In this document: in pieces, positions 38,719 through 46,563 of the stretch | How the letters are laid out: each line of letters starts with the position of its first letter | How positions within the stretch are numbered: position 1 is the first letter of the stretch | NCBI GenBank assembly: GCA_045606105.1 | Contig: JAZURI010000003.1 | Location: 64,001-128,000, forward strand | Origin: Spirochaetia bacterium | Lineage (GTDB): Bacteria > Spirochaetota > Spirochaetia > CADAEX01 | Direction of reading: 5' to 3' | DNA length: 64,000 nt | Position numbers and translations under genes: made by a program | The notes under the pieces: model-generated | The model's database searches: none | What the model saw: the letters and a program-made list of their open reading frames with translations, nothing else | What the model was told of the DNA's origin: nothing

Positions 38719-39211
38719 CTTTTTCCACCTTGAACAACGGTATGTTTACCAGGATCCTGTACAGTCTGCTTTTCCTGAACTTCGGCGCAAGGCTGCTTCT
38801 CCAGTTCTTCACGAAAACCAGTCCCAGAACAGTAAACGGGATATAGAGAACGATTCCCCATACCAGGGAGCCCATCACCACGGAGTTGTTGAACCTGGTA
38901 TAGATCACGAAAGGAATTTCCGCCAGGGAGGCAAAGAAGGGAATCAGCCCTTCAGAGGTGAGTACCGCATAGCCCGTGCTGTCAAAGAAGCTGTCCAGCA
39001 GAGGGATGAAAACCGAACCCAGCAGTATGCTGAGAAAAAGGGTGGCTCTGTTTATTCTCAGGAAGAATGTCAGCAGGAAAAGTAATATCCAGAGCAGGTT
39101 TCCTTTCGGGACAAAAGCCAGAAGCATTCCCAGGGCAAAGGCATGGGCCAGCTCCCCCGGAGCATTGTTTGAGTTCAGTGCCTTGAACATTTTCTGAAGG
39201 TTTTTTACCAT
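38711..39211 (-). CDS. TIGR03546-family (DUF2062-like) membrane protein
   Basis: ALNSNNAPGELAHAFALGMLLAFVPKGN...TRFNNSVVMGS. Confidence 0.85.
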   Translation of the reverse strand: MVKNLQKMFKALNSNNAPGELAHAFALGMLLAFVPKGNLLWILLFLLTFFLRINRATLFLSILLGSVFIPLLDSFFDSTGYAVLTSEGLIPFFASLAEIPFVIYTRFNNSVVMGSLVWGIVLYIPFTVLGLVFVKNWRSSLAPKFRKSRLYRILVNIPLFKVEKDD

Positions 39212-39289
39212 TTTTACCTCGTCTGTTATAAATATTATATTATAAATATAAATATTGCACTATATTTTTTATAATGTTATTATATTATC

Positions 39290-40408
39290 ATGCCTGTAAC
39301 ATACGCAAAAGTTAATATATCAAATTTTCTTCATAATCTTTCATCTGTCAGGAAGCTTACAGGCCGTAAGATATGTATGGCTGCCAAGGCCGACTGCTAC
39401 GGACACGGTACTGCGGTTCTGGTAAAGGCAGGGGCCGATGCAGGTCTGCTGGATGCTGCCGGAGTGGCCGATATTTCGGAAGCAGTAATAATGCGGGAAC
39501 TGGGAATCCGTATCCCTATCCTGGTATTCAGGGGATGTCTTGAGGAGGAACTGTACAAGCTGGTCGAATATGATATCCAGCCCTTTGTTTCCGATATTGC
39601 CTACATCAGGGCGGTGGAGAAATGTGCCGAAGAGGCGGGAAAGAAGATTCCGGTTCATCTGAAGATAGATTCCGGAATGAGCCGTGCAGGATGCTCCCCG
39701 TCGGAGGCTCTTGAACTGGCACGGTATATAAAAGAGAGCAGCAGCCTTGTGCTGGAGGGAATCTGTTCCCATCTGGCCGTATCGGACAGCTTTACTCCGG
39801 AATGTGTTTCCGATACAAGAAAGCAGATAAGGATATTTGATGAAACCCTGAAAGATATCCGCAGTGAAGGGATAAGCCCTTCGGTGGTTCACTGTGCCGC
39901 ATCGGGAGCAATACTGGCTTATCCCGAAACCTATTATGATATGGTAAGGCCGGGAATACTTCTCTACGGCTATCCGCCCAGCAGGGAATGCTACGGCAGG
40001 CTTGAGCTTAAGCCGGTAATGGATTTCATTTCCCATGTTATCCTGGTAAAAAGGATAAGGAAGGGGGAGAAGGTTTCCTACGGATTTACCTGGCAGGCAA
40101 TGCAGGATACCACGGTGGCGGTAATCGGGGCCGGTTATGCCGACGGCTTCAACAGGCTTCTTTCCAATCAGGGAAGGGTATCCATCAACGGAGTGGCCTA
40201 TCCGGTGGCCGGAAGGGTGTGCATGGACCAGTTCATGGTGAATCTGGGAGATAACCCCGAAAATGTAAAGGCAGGAGATGAGGCAGTGCTTTTCGGCAAC
40301 GGTAAAAATGCCATGGATGCATTTGATGCCGCCGATATATGCAATACCATTTCCTACGAACTGTTGTGTAACATAAACAAGCGTGTAACGCGTATCTATA
40401 TAGAATAA
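39290..40408 (+). CDS. alr: Alanine racemase
   Basis: AKADCYGHG, HLKIDSGMSRAG, VRPGILLYG, GYADG, GRVCMDQ. Confidence 0.96.
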   Translation: MPVTYAKVNISNFLHNLSSVRKLTGRKICMAAKADCYGHGTAVLVKAGADAGLLDAAGVADISEAVIMRELGIRIPILVFRGCLEEELYKLVEYDIQPFVSDIAYIRAVEKCAEEAGKKIPVHLKIDSGMSRAGCSPSEALELARYIKESSSLVLEGICSHLAVSDSFTPECVSDTRKQIRIFDETLKDIRSEGISPSVVHCAASGAILAYPETYYDMVRPGILLYGYPPSRECYGRLELKPVMDFISHVILVKRIRKGEKVSYGFTWQAMQDTTVAVIGAGYADGFNRLLSNQGRVSINGVAYPVAGRVCMDQFMVNLGDNPENVKAGDEAVLFGNGKNAMDAFDAADICNTISYELLCNINKRVTRIYIE

Positions 40409-40419
40409 AAGGAGAATGT

Positions 40420-41847
40420 ATGTACGATATAGCAATCATTGGTGCCGGTGTGACAGGTGCCGCCATTGCGAGAGAGCTCTCAAGGTACAAGCTCAATATC
40501 ATTGTTCTCGAAAAGGGTAATGATGTCTGTGCCGGTACTTCAAAGGCCAATTCTTCTATTGTGCATGCCGGATACGATCCTGAACCGGGAACTCTCATGG
40601 CCCGGCTTAACAGGGACGGCAATGCTATGTTCGATCAGCTTACTGAGGAACTTTCGGTTCCGTTTACTAGATGCGGCTCCTATGTTGTAGCCCTTACAGA
40701 TGAACAGGTAGAAAATGTAAAGATGCTTTATGAAAGGGGAATCAGAAACGGGATTCCGGGTCTTGAGATTGTCAGCTGTGAACAGCTTCTGGAGAAGGAG
40801 CCGGCAGCAACCCCTGAGGCAAAGGCTGCTCTTTATGCCCCTACGGCAGGAGTGGTGGATCCGATGCTTCTTACCATAGCCCTCATGGAGAATGCCGTAA
40901 TGAACGGTGTGGGCTACAGGCTCAACTACAAGGTTGAGAACATAGAGCGTATTGAGGGGGGCTACAGGATAACCGGAACAGGAGAAAACATCGAGGCAGA
41001 ATGCGTGATCAATGCTGCCGGAGTCTATTCCGATGTGATCCACAACATGGTCAGCGAGCCTGATTTTACCATCACACCGAAGATCGGTCAGTATTTCCTT
41101 CTGGACAAGAGCGAAAACGACAAGATCAAATCCTGTCTTTTCCCATGTCCTGACAAGAACGGAAAGGGAATCCTGGTGGCCAGGTCTGTACACGGAAACG
41201 TAATCCTGGGACCTACATCAGACAAGGACAATGACAAGGACAACACAGCCACATCCGAAGAGGCCCTCAACAGGGTACGGACAGGATGTTCAAAGCTGGT
41301 GCCGTCCATCACCACAAGAAACTGTATCAGGAATTTTTCAGGTATGAGAGCCGAACCTTCCAACGATGACTTCATCATCCGGGAGGTAAAGGATGCCCCT
41401 AAGTTCATCGATGCCGCAGGTATCAAGTCTCCGGGACTTACATCTGCACCGGCAATAGCCCTTTATGTGGCTGAAATCGTGGAAAAAGCGGGAATCAGGC
41501 TGGAAAAGAAGGAAAACTTCAATCCGTATGTAAAGAGAAAGCCGTTCATGGAGCTTTCCAAGGAGGAGCAGGCTGCCCTTGTAGCCAAGGATCCGAGATA
41601 CGGAAGAATCATCTGCCGCTGTGAAAAGATTACCGAGGGAGAGATTGTGGAGGAGATCCACAGGATTATTCCTGCCAGGACACTGGATGCAGTCAAGAGA
41701 AGATGTCGTCCGGGAATGGGTAGATGTCAGGGCGGTTTCTGCAGTCCTAAGGTTCATGAGATTCTTGCCCGGGAGCTGGGCTGCGATTGGAAGGATATAG
41801 AGCTTGACAAGAAGGGCTCCTACATTCTTACAGGAAAGACAAAATAG
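40420..41847 (+). CDS. FAD-dependent oxidoreductase (glycerol-3-phosphate dehydrogenase/LhgO-like) with BFD-like [2Fe-2S] domain
   Basis: GAGVTG, GTSKANS, SPGLTSAPA, CRCE...GRCQGGFC. Confidence 0.9.
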   Translation: MYDIAIIGAGVTGAAIARELSRYKLNIIVLEKGNDVCAGTSKANSSIVHAGYDPEPGTLMARLNRDGNAMFDQLTEELSVPFTRCGSYVVALTDEQVENVKMLYERGIRNGIPGLEIVSCEQLLEKEPAATPEAKAALYAPTAGVVDPMLLTIALMENAVMNGVGYRLNYKVENIERIEGGYRITGTGENIEAECVINAAGVYSDVIHNMVSEPDFTITPKIGQYFLLDKSENDKIKSCLFPCPDKNGKGILVARSVHGNVILGPTSDKDNDKDNTATSEEALNRVRTGCSKLVPSITTRNCIRNFSGMRAEPSNDDFIIREVKDAPKFIDAAGIKSPGLTSAPAIALYVAEIVEKAGIRLEKKENFNPYVKRKPFMELSKEEQAALVAKDPRYGRIICRCEKITEGEIVEEIHRIIPARTLDAVKRRCRPGMGRCQGGFCSPKVHEILARELGCDWKDIELDKKGSYILTGKTK

Positions 41848-41856
41848 GGGGCAGGT

Positions 41857-43125
41857 ATGAAATTTGATCTTGTAGTAGTCGGAGGGGGACCGGCCGGAAT
41901 GGCTGCTGCCCTGGAAGCATACAGAAACGGAATCAGAAGTATAGCAATAGTTGAAAGAGATGTGGAACCGGGAGGAATTCTCCAGCAGTGTATCCATAAC
42001 GGATTCGGTCTCCATATTTTCAAGGAGGAGCTTACAGGTCCCGAATATGCACAGCGCTTCGTGGATATGACCAAAGAGACAGAAATAGAATATTTCCTTG
42101 ATACCATCGTCCTTGATATTTCTGCCGACAAGAAAATTACTGTAATGAACAGCAAGAAAGGTATCTTTGAGCTGGAAGCCAAGGCTGTGATACTGGCCAT
42201 GGGATGCCGCGAAAGAACCAGAAGCGGAATCGGTATTCCGGGAGACAGGCCTTCCGGAGTATTCACCGCAGGAACAGCCCAGCGCTATATCAATATCGAA
42301 GGTCAGATGGTGGGAAAGAAGGTTATTATCCTGGGTTCCGGCGATATCGGAATGATCATGGCCAGAAGAATCGTCCTGGAAGGGGGCGAGGTTATAGCCG
42401 TGGTTGCCAGAAGCTCATTCCCTAAGGGGCTTACCAGAAACGTTGTACAGTGTCTTGACCATTACAACATTCCTATGTGGTACAGCCACAATATCGTAGG
42501 TATATATGGAAAGGAAAGGGTTGAAAAGGTTGTTGTTGCCGAATGTGACAAGAAGACCAAGGAGGTTATTCCGGGAACAGAAAAGGAGTATGAGTGCGAT
42601 ACAGTGCTTCTCTCCGTAGGTCTTATCCCTGAAAACGAGCTTTCCCGTCAGGTAGGAATCAGGATTGACAGAAAGACATCCGGTCCTGTGGTTACCGAAT
42701 CCATGGAAACATCCCTGGAGGGTGTATTTGCCTGCGGAAACGTAGTTCATGTACATGACCTTGTGGACTTTGTTACAGAAGAGAGCATGAAGGCCGGAAA
42801 AAATGCCGCAGACTATATCAAGGGTGAGATTACAAAGAACTCAGAGCCTAACAGGTTCCGTGTTTCCGGTGGCCTCAGCTATGCGGTTCCTCATCTTTTC
42901 CGCCCGGAAAACCTGGATGAGAAATTCGATATCCTCATGAGAACCGACAAGGTATTCGGAAAATGCTTCCTGGTAGTCAAGGATGGAGAAAAGGAACTCG
43001 GCAGATACAGAAAGCCTTTCCTTACACCGGGCGAAATGATAAAGCTTACAGTTCCGTCTGAAATCTTTGCCGGCATGTCAGGTAAGGAAATTGAAATTAC
43101 TGTAGAACCGGAAGGAGACAAATAA
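41857..43125 (+). CDS. NAD(P)/FAD-dependent pyridine nucleotide-disulfide oxidoreductase
   Basis: GGGPAG, GGILQQCIHNGFG, GSGDIG, ACGNVVHVHDLVD. Confidence 0.9.
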   Translation: MKFDLVVVGGGPAGMAAALEAYRNGIRSIAIVERDVEPGGILQQCIHNGFGLHIFKEELTGPEYAQRFVDMTKETEIEYFLDTIVLDISADKKITVMNSKKGIFELEAKAVILAMGCRERTRSGIGIPGDRPSGVFTAGTAQRYINIEGQMVGKKVIILGSGDIGMIMARRIVLEGGEVIAVVARSSFPKGLTRNVVQCLDHYNIPMWYSHNIVGIYGKERVEKVVVAECDKKTKEVIPGTEKEYECDTVLLSVGLIPENELSRQVGIRIDRKTSGPVVTESMETSLEGVFACGNVVHVHDLVDFVTEESMKAGKNAADYIKGEITKNSEPNRFRVSGGLSYAVPHLFRPENLDEKFDILMRTDKVFGKCFLVVKDGEKELGRYRKPFLTPGEMIKLTVPSEIFAGMSGKEIEITVEPEGDK

Positions 43126-43126
43126 T

Positions 43127-43486
43127 ATGGAATGTATTGAAAAGAACATAGTCTGTGTATCATGTCCAATGGGCTGCAGAATGAAGGTTACTCTCTGCGG
43201 AGAGGAGCTGAAGGTTGAGGGAAATACCTGTAAAAGGGGAGAGGTCTACGCAAGAAACGAAATGACCGACCCAAGAAGAATGATCTGCTCCACAGTAAGG
43301 ATAAAGGGTGGGGTTCACCCGGTGGTTCCGGTGAAGACAGACAAGCCTGTTCCTGAAAATCTCAAGTTCAGATGCATGGAGATAATCAATTCCATCGAAC
43401 TGGAATCTCCGGTAAAGATGGGTGATGTGGCAGCAGCCAATATACTGGGAACAGATGTAAATATCATAGTAACCCGAAGCATGTAG
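43127..43486 (+). CDS. DUF1667 family protein
   Basis: CVSCPMGC, GNTCKRG, PVKTDKPVP. Confidence 0.88.
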   Translation: MECIEKNIVCVSCPMGCRMKVTLCGEELKVEGNTCKRGEVYARNEMTDPRRMICSTVRIKGGVHPVVPVKTDKPVPENLKFRCMEIINSIELESPVKMGDVAAANILGTDVNIIVTRSM

Positions 43487-44102
43487 GCAGCTGGGTTATT
43501 TCCTTTATTACAGGGGCGGGAAAACCGTCCCTTTTTTTCATTTTCTCATCTACCAGGACTCCGTGTCCTCCCAAATCGATGAAGGCGGTAACCGTACCGG
43601 GCCTGTCATCAATCAGCAGAACCTCCTCCGGCGGAAGCTTCAGGTCTGAAAGAACTGCCTCGAAGGCTGACCTGTTGGGCTTTCCCACAAGGTTACAGAA
43701 CCTGAGGTCATATATTTTCCTGAAGAATTTCTCTATTTCCAGATGCCTCAGCACATTTTCGGCATGGATGCTCCAGGAGTTTGTAAAGACAGAACATGGA
43801 ACAGAGATATTTTCCATCATTTCAACAAGGGCCCGGTTCTTGGGAAAATAGTTTTCCAGGTCGGTAGGGTGGATATAGCTGAAGAAGGCCTGCTCGTCAT
43901 TGAATCCGTAGCCCCGTCTCAGCCAGTCCAGGGTGGAATCATAGCTTTTGTCACGGGTGGCCCTGAGATGAGCCGCTTCTTCCGGACTTACCTTAAGGAA
44001 ATCTGCGGTAAAACGGATCAGTCTCCTGATCATTTCCTCCTCAATCCCCGAAGATGCAGGATAGAGTGTATGGTCCACGTCAAACAGGATATGCTTTATC
44101 AT
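43464..44102 (-). CDS. HAD-family hydrolase (pyrimidine 5'-nucleotidase-like)
   Basis: FDVDHTLY, FTNS, KP, LIDD; start trimmed to MIKHILF. Confidence 0.9.
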   Translation of the reverse strand: MIKHILFDVDHTLYPASSGIEEEMIRRLIRFTADFLKVSPEEAAHLRATRDKSYDSTLDWLRRGYGFNDEQAFFSYIHPTDLENYFPKNRALVEMMENISVPCSVFTNSWSIHAENVLRHLEIEKFFRKIYDLRFCNLVGKPNRSAFEAVLSDLKLPPEEVLLIDDRPGTVTAFIDLGGHGVLVDEKMKKRDGFPAPVIKEITQLPTCFGLL

Positions 44103-44929
44103 ATCTGCATCAGCTTCCTGAAATTGTTTCTGACTGTATCGGTCATCTCCTGAGGGGTACATCCTCTCAGCTCTGCCAGATAATCGTATGTATAACCCAC
44201 AAATCCGGACCAGTTGGGATATTTTCTCACCTTCTGAGGAGTCAGGAACGGGGCATCGGTTTCTGCAAGTATGGAATCTGAAGGTATCCTTGCGGCGGCA
44301 TCAGCTATCTGCTCTGATTTCTTATAGGTTACATTGCCGGAAAAGGATATGCAGTATCCCAGGTCGATAAATTTTTTTGCATATTCGTAATTACTTGAGA
44401 AGCAATGGATTATGCCTCCTCGTGAAAGCCTGAAGGAGGAGAGTATGTCATAGACCTCCTTATCTGCATCCCTGTTATGGATAACAACGGGAAGGTTGAA
44501 GCGGTCTGCAATCTCCATCTGGGAAGCAAAAAGCCTTTTCTGTTTTTCGGCTCCTCCGTAGAGATAGAAGTTGTCCAGTCCGATTTCACCTACAGCCAGG
44601 AGTTTAGGATTCTCCCGGTTTTCCTCTATCTGTTTTTCAAGCAGGGAGAGGGCATCGTTCATTTCATTGTCCGGAAGCTCTGATTTTCCTACCGAAAGAC
44701 CGTCTGTAAGAAACAGCTGAGGGAACCGGCTGCACATTTCCAGCCTTTTATAGAAGGTGGCGGTATTGGTGCCGATATCCATGGCCATTTCCAGACCGTT
44801 TTCAATGCACCCTTTTATCAGGATTTCCCAGTCCAGGTCCTTGGTTTCAAGCATTATAAGGTGGGTATGGGTATCCACGATACCGGGATAAAGATGAATC
44901 TTTTCCAAAACTTCTTCTGTGATGCTCAT
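44099..44929 (-). CDS. tatD: TatD family hydrolase
   Basis: DTHTH, VGEIGLD, IHNRDA, IHCFS, ETDAPFL. Confidence 0.93.
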   Translation of the reverse strand: MSITEEVLEKIHLYPGIVDTHTHLIMLETKDLDWEILIKGCIENGLEMAMDIGTNTATFYKRLEMCSRFPQLFLTDGLSVGKSELPDNEMNDALSLLEKQIEENRENPKLLAVGEIGLDNFYLYGGAEKQKRLFASQMEIADRFNLPVVIHNRDADKEVYDILSSFRLSRGGIIHCFSSNYEYAKKFIDLGYCISFSGNVTYKKSEQIADAAARIPSDSILAETDAPFLTPQKVRKYPNWSGFVGYTYDYLAELRGCTPQEMTDTVRNNFRKLMQI

Positions 44930-45027
44930 GTAAGCAAGGTATTCTTTTTATTTGATTTTGTAAACCGAAAAAATAATATTTTCATCTTGACCCAGAGACC
45001 TATGAAAAGTATTATAAAAGAGTATTT

Positions 45028-45113
45028 GCCGAAGTGGTGGAACTGGTAGACACAGAGGACTTAAAATCCTCCGGCCTTTAAAAGCCTTGCGGATTCGATT
45101 TCCGCCTTCGGCA
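45028..45113 (+). tRNA. tRNA-Leu(TAA)
   Basis: Acceptor GCCGAAG/CTTCGGC, anticodon arm GAGGA-CTTAAAA-TCCTC, long variable arm, T arm GCGGA-TTCGATT-TCCGC; promoter TTGACC-17-TATTAT upstream. Confidence 0.95.
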
Positions 45114-45145
45114 AATTATATTTTTAAAAAAAATATCAGTTTATA

Positions 45146-45174
45146 TTGACATTTTTTTTGAATACTGTTAAATT
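45146..45174 (+). promoter_or_regulatory. Sigma-70 promoter for tRNA-Lys/Glu
   Basis: TTGACA-17 nt-TAAATT with TG extension. Confidence 0.7.
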
Positions 45175-45198
45175 CAAATCGTTGTAAAACAGAGCCTA

Positions 45199-45271
45199 GG
45201 GCTGCTAGCTCAGCAGGTAGAGCAACGCCCTTTTAAGGCGTGGGTCAATGGTTCGAATCCATTGCAGCTCA
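45199..45271 (+). tRNA. tRNA-Lys(TTT)
   Basis: Acceptor GGGCTGC/GCAGCTC, anticodon arm ACGCC-CTTTTAA-GGCGT, GGTTCGAATCC. Confidence 0.97.
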
Positions 45272-45276
45272 ATCAT

Positions 45277-45348
45277 GTCTCCTTCGTCTAGGGGTTAGGA
45301 CAACGGGTTTTCATCCCGTCAACACTGGTTCGATTCCAGTAGGAGATG
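45277..45348 (+). tRNA. tRNA-Glu(TTC)
   Basis: Acceptor GTCTCCT/AGGAGAT, anticodon arm ACGGG-TTTTCAT-CCCGT, GGTTCGATTCC. Confidence 0.96.
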
Positions 45349-45358
45349 TTTAGAATAT

Positions 45359-45392
45359 AAACCTTGTATTTTCGGATACAAGGTTTTTTTTT
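45359..45392 (+). terminator. Terminator of the tRNA cluster
   Basis: AAACCTTGTAT/ATACAAGGTTT stem plus T-run. Confidence 0.88.
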
Positions 45393-45464
45393 GCCTTTCG
45401 TAAAATTTCTCAAATCCCCCTTTTTGTTCTATTAAATATCTCTTAAAAATGATATAAACAAAAT

Positions 45465-46466
45465 ATGAATAAGAAACTGATTCCGGGACTGCTCCTCTGC
45501 CTGGGTGTGGCACTCCCTTCATATTTTCTCGGAAAGCTGGTTCCTGTGGTAGGTGGACCGGTTTTTGCAATTATCCTGGGTATGATAGTAACATGCCGGA
45601 TCAAGGACAAAAGCGGTGTAAGCAAGGGAATTGCCTTTACCTCCAAGAAAATCCTCCAGTATGCGGTTATTCTTCTCGGTTTCGGAATGAATATTTCCGA
45701 TATCCTGCAGAAAGGGATTCAGTCTCTGCCGGTAATACTGAGCACCATCACCGTTGCATTGACAGTGGCATATCTTTTTACCCGTATCCTGGGAATCGAC
45801 AGGACAACAGGTACCCTTATCGGAGTGGGCTCCTCCATCTGCGGCGGTTCTGCCATAGCTGCAGCCAGTGCGGTAATAAATGCCGATGACAACAAGGTGG
45901 CAGCCTCAATTTCCGTTATCTTTCTTTTCAATGTGGCCGCAGCCCTTATTTTCCCTCTTCTGGGACAGTTTCTGGGGCTTACCAACGAGGGCTTTGCCCT
46001 GTTTGCGGGAACTGCGGTAAACGATACCTCCTCCGTTACGGCGGCGGCCAGCACCTGGGATGCCCTTCATCCGGGAGCCGACACACTGTCGGAGGCTGCT
46101 ATAGTAAAGCTGACCAGAACCCTTGCCATTATTCCTATTTCCCTGGCTCTGGCCTTTATGCAGATGAAGAAGAAAAAGGGGGAAGGGGGAAGCTTCAGCA
46201 TGGCCAAGGTTTTCCCTTTTTTCATTACCTGGTTTCTTGCAGCATCGCTGATAACTACTTTTTTTGATATTCCGGCAGAAATCCTGGGATGTCTCAAGTT
46301 CTTAAGTAAATTTTTCATCATTATGGCTATGGGTGCCATCGGACTCAACACAGATTTTGCCAAGCTGGTGAGTCACGGAAGAAAGCCTGTGCTTCTGGGC
46401 TTTGTATGCTGGATCAGTATCTGTGTATCCAGCCTTGCAGTGCAGTATGTATGCGGTATGTGGTAA
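45465..46466 (+). CDS. YeiH/putative sulfate exporter family membrane protein
   Basis: GVGSSICGGSAIAA, GTAVNDTSSV, VKLTRTL. Confidence 0.92.
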   Translation: MNKKLIPGLLLCLGVALPSYFLGKLVPVVGGPVFAIILGMIVTCRIKDKSGVSKGIAFTSKKILQYAVILLGFGMNISDILQKGIQSLPVILSTITVALTVAYLFTRILGIDRTTGTLIGVGSSICGGSAIAAASAVINADDNKVAASISVIFLFNVAAALIFPLLGQFLGLTNEGFALFAGTAVNDTSSVTAAASTWDALHPGADTLSEAAIVKLTRTLAIIPISLALAFMQMKKKKGEGGSFSMAKVFPFFITWFLAASLITTFFDIPAEILGCLKFLSKFFIIMAMGAIGLNTDFAKLVSHGRKPVLLGFVCWISICVSSLAVQYVCGMW

Positions 46467-46563
46467 GATAAAAGCATCCCGTTTTTTTGCCGTACTTGCA
46501 TAATTTTTTATAAAGGTTTATAGTTTTTAACAACTAGGTGGGGTACAGCTTAGGAGTTTTTCT

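Noticed and set aside
45028-45392. tRNA cluster as an integration site
   Set aside because: No integrase nearby and no duplicated tRNA 3' end seen in the window.
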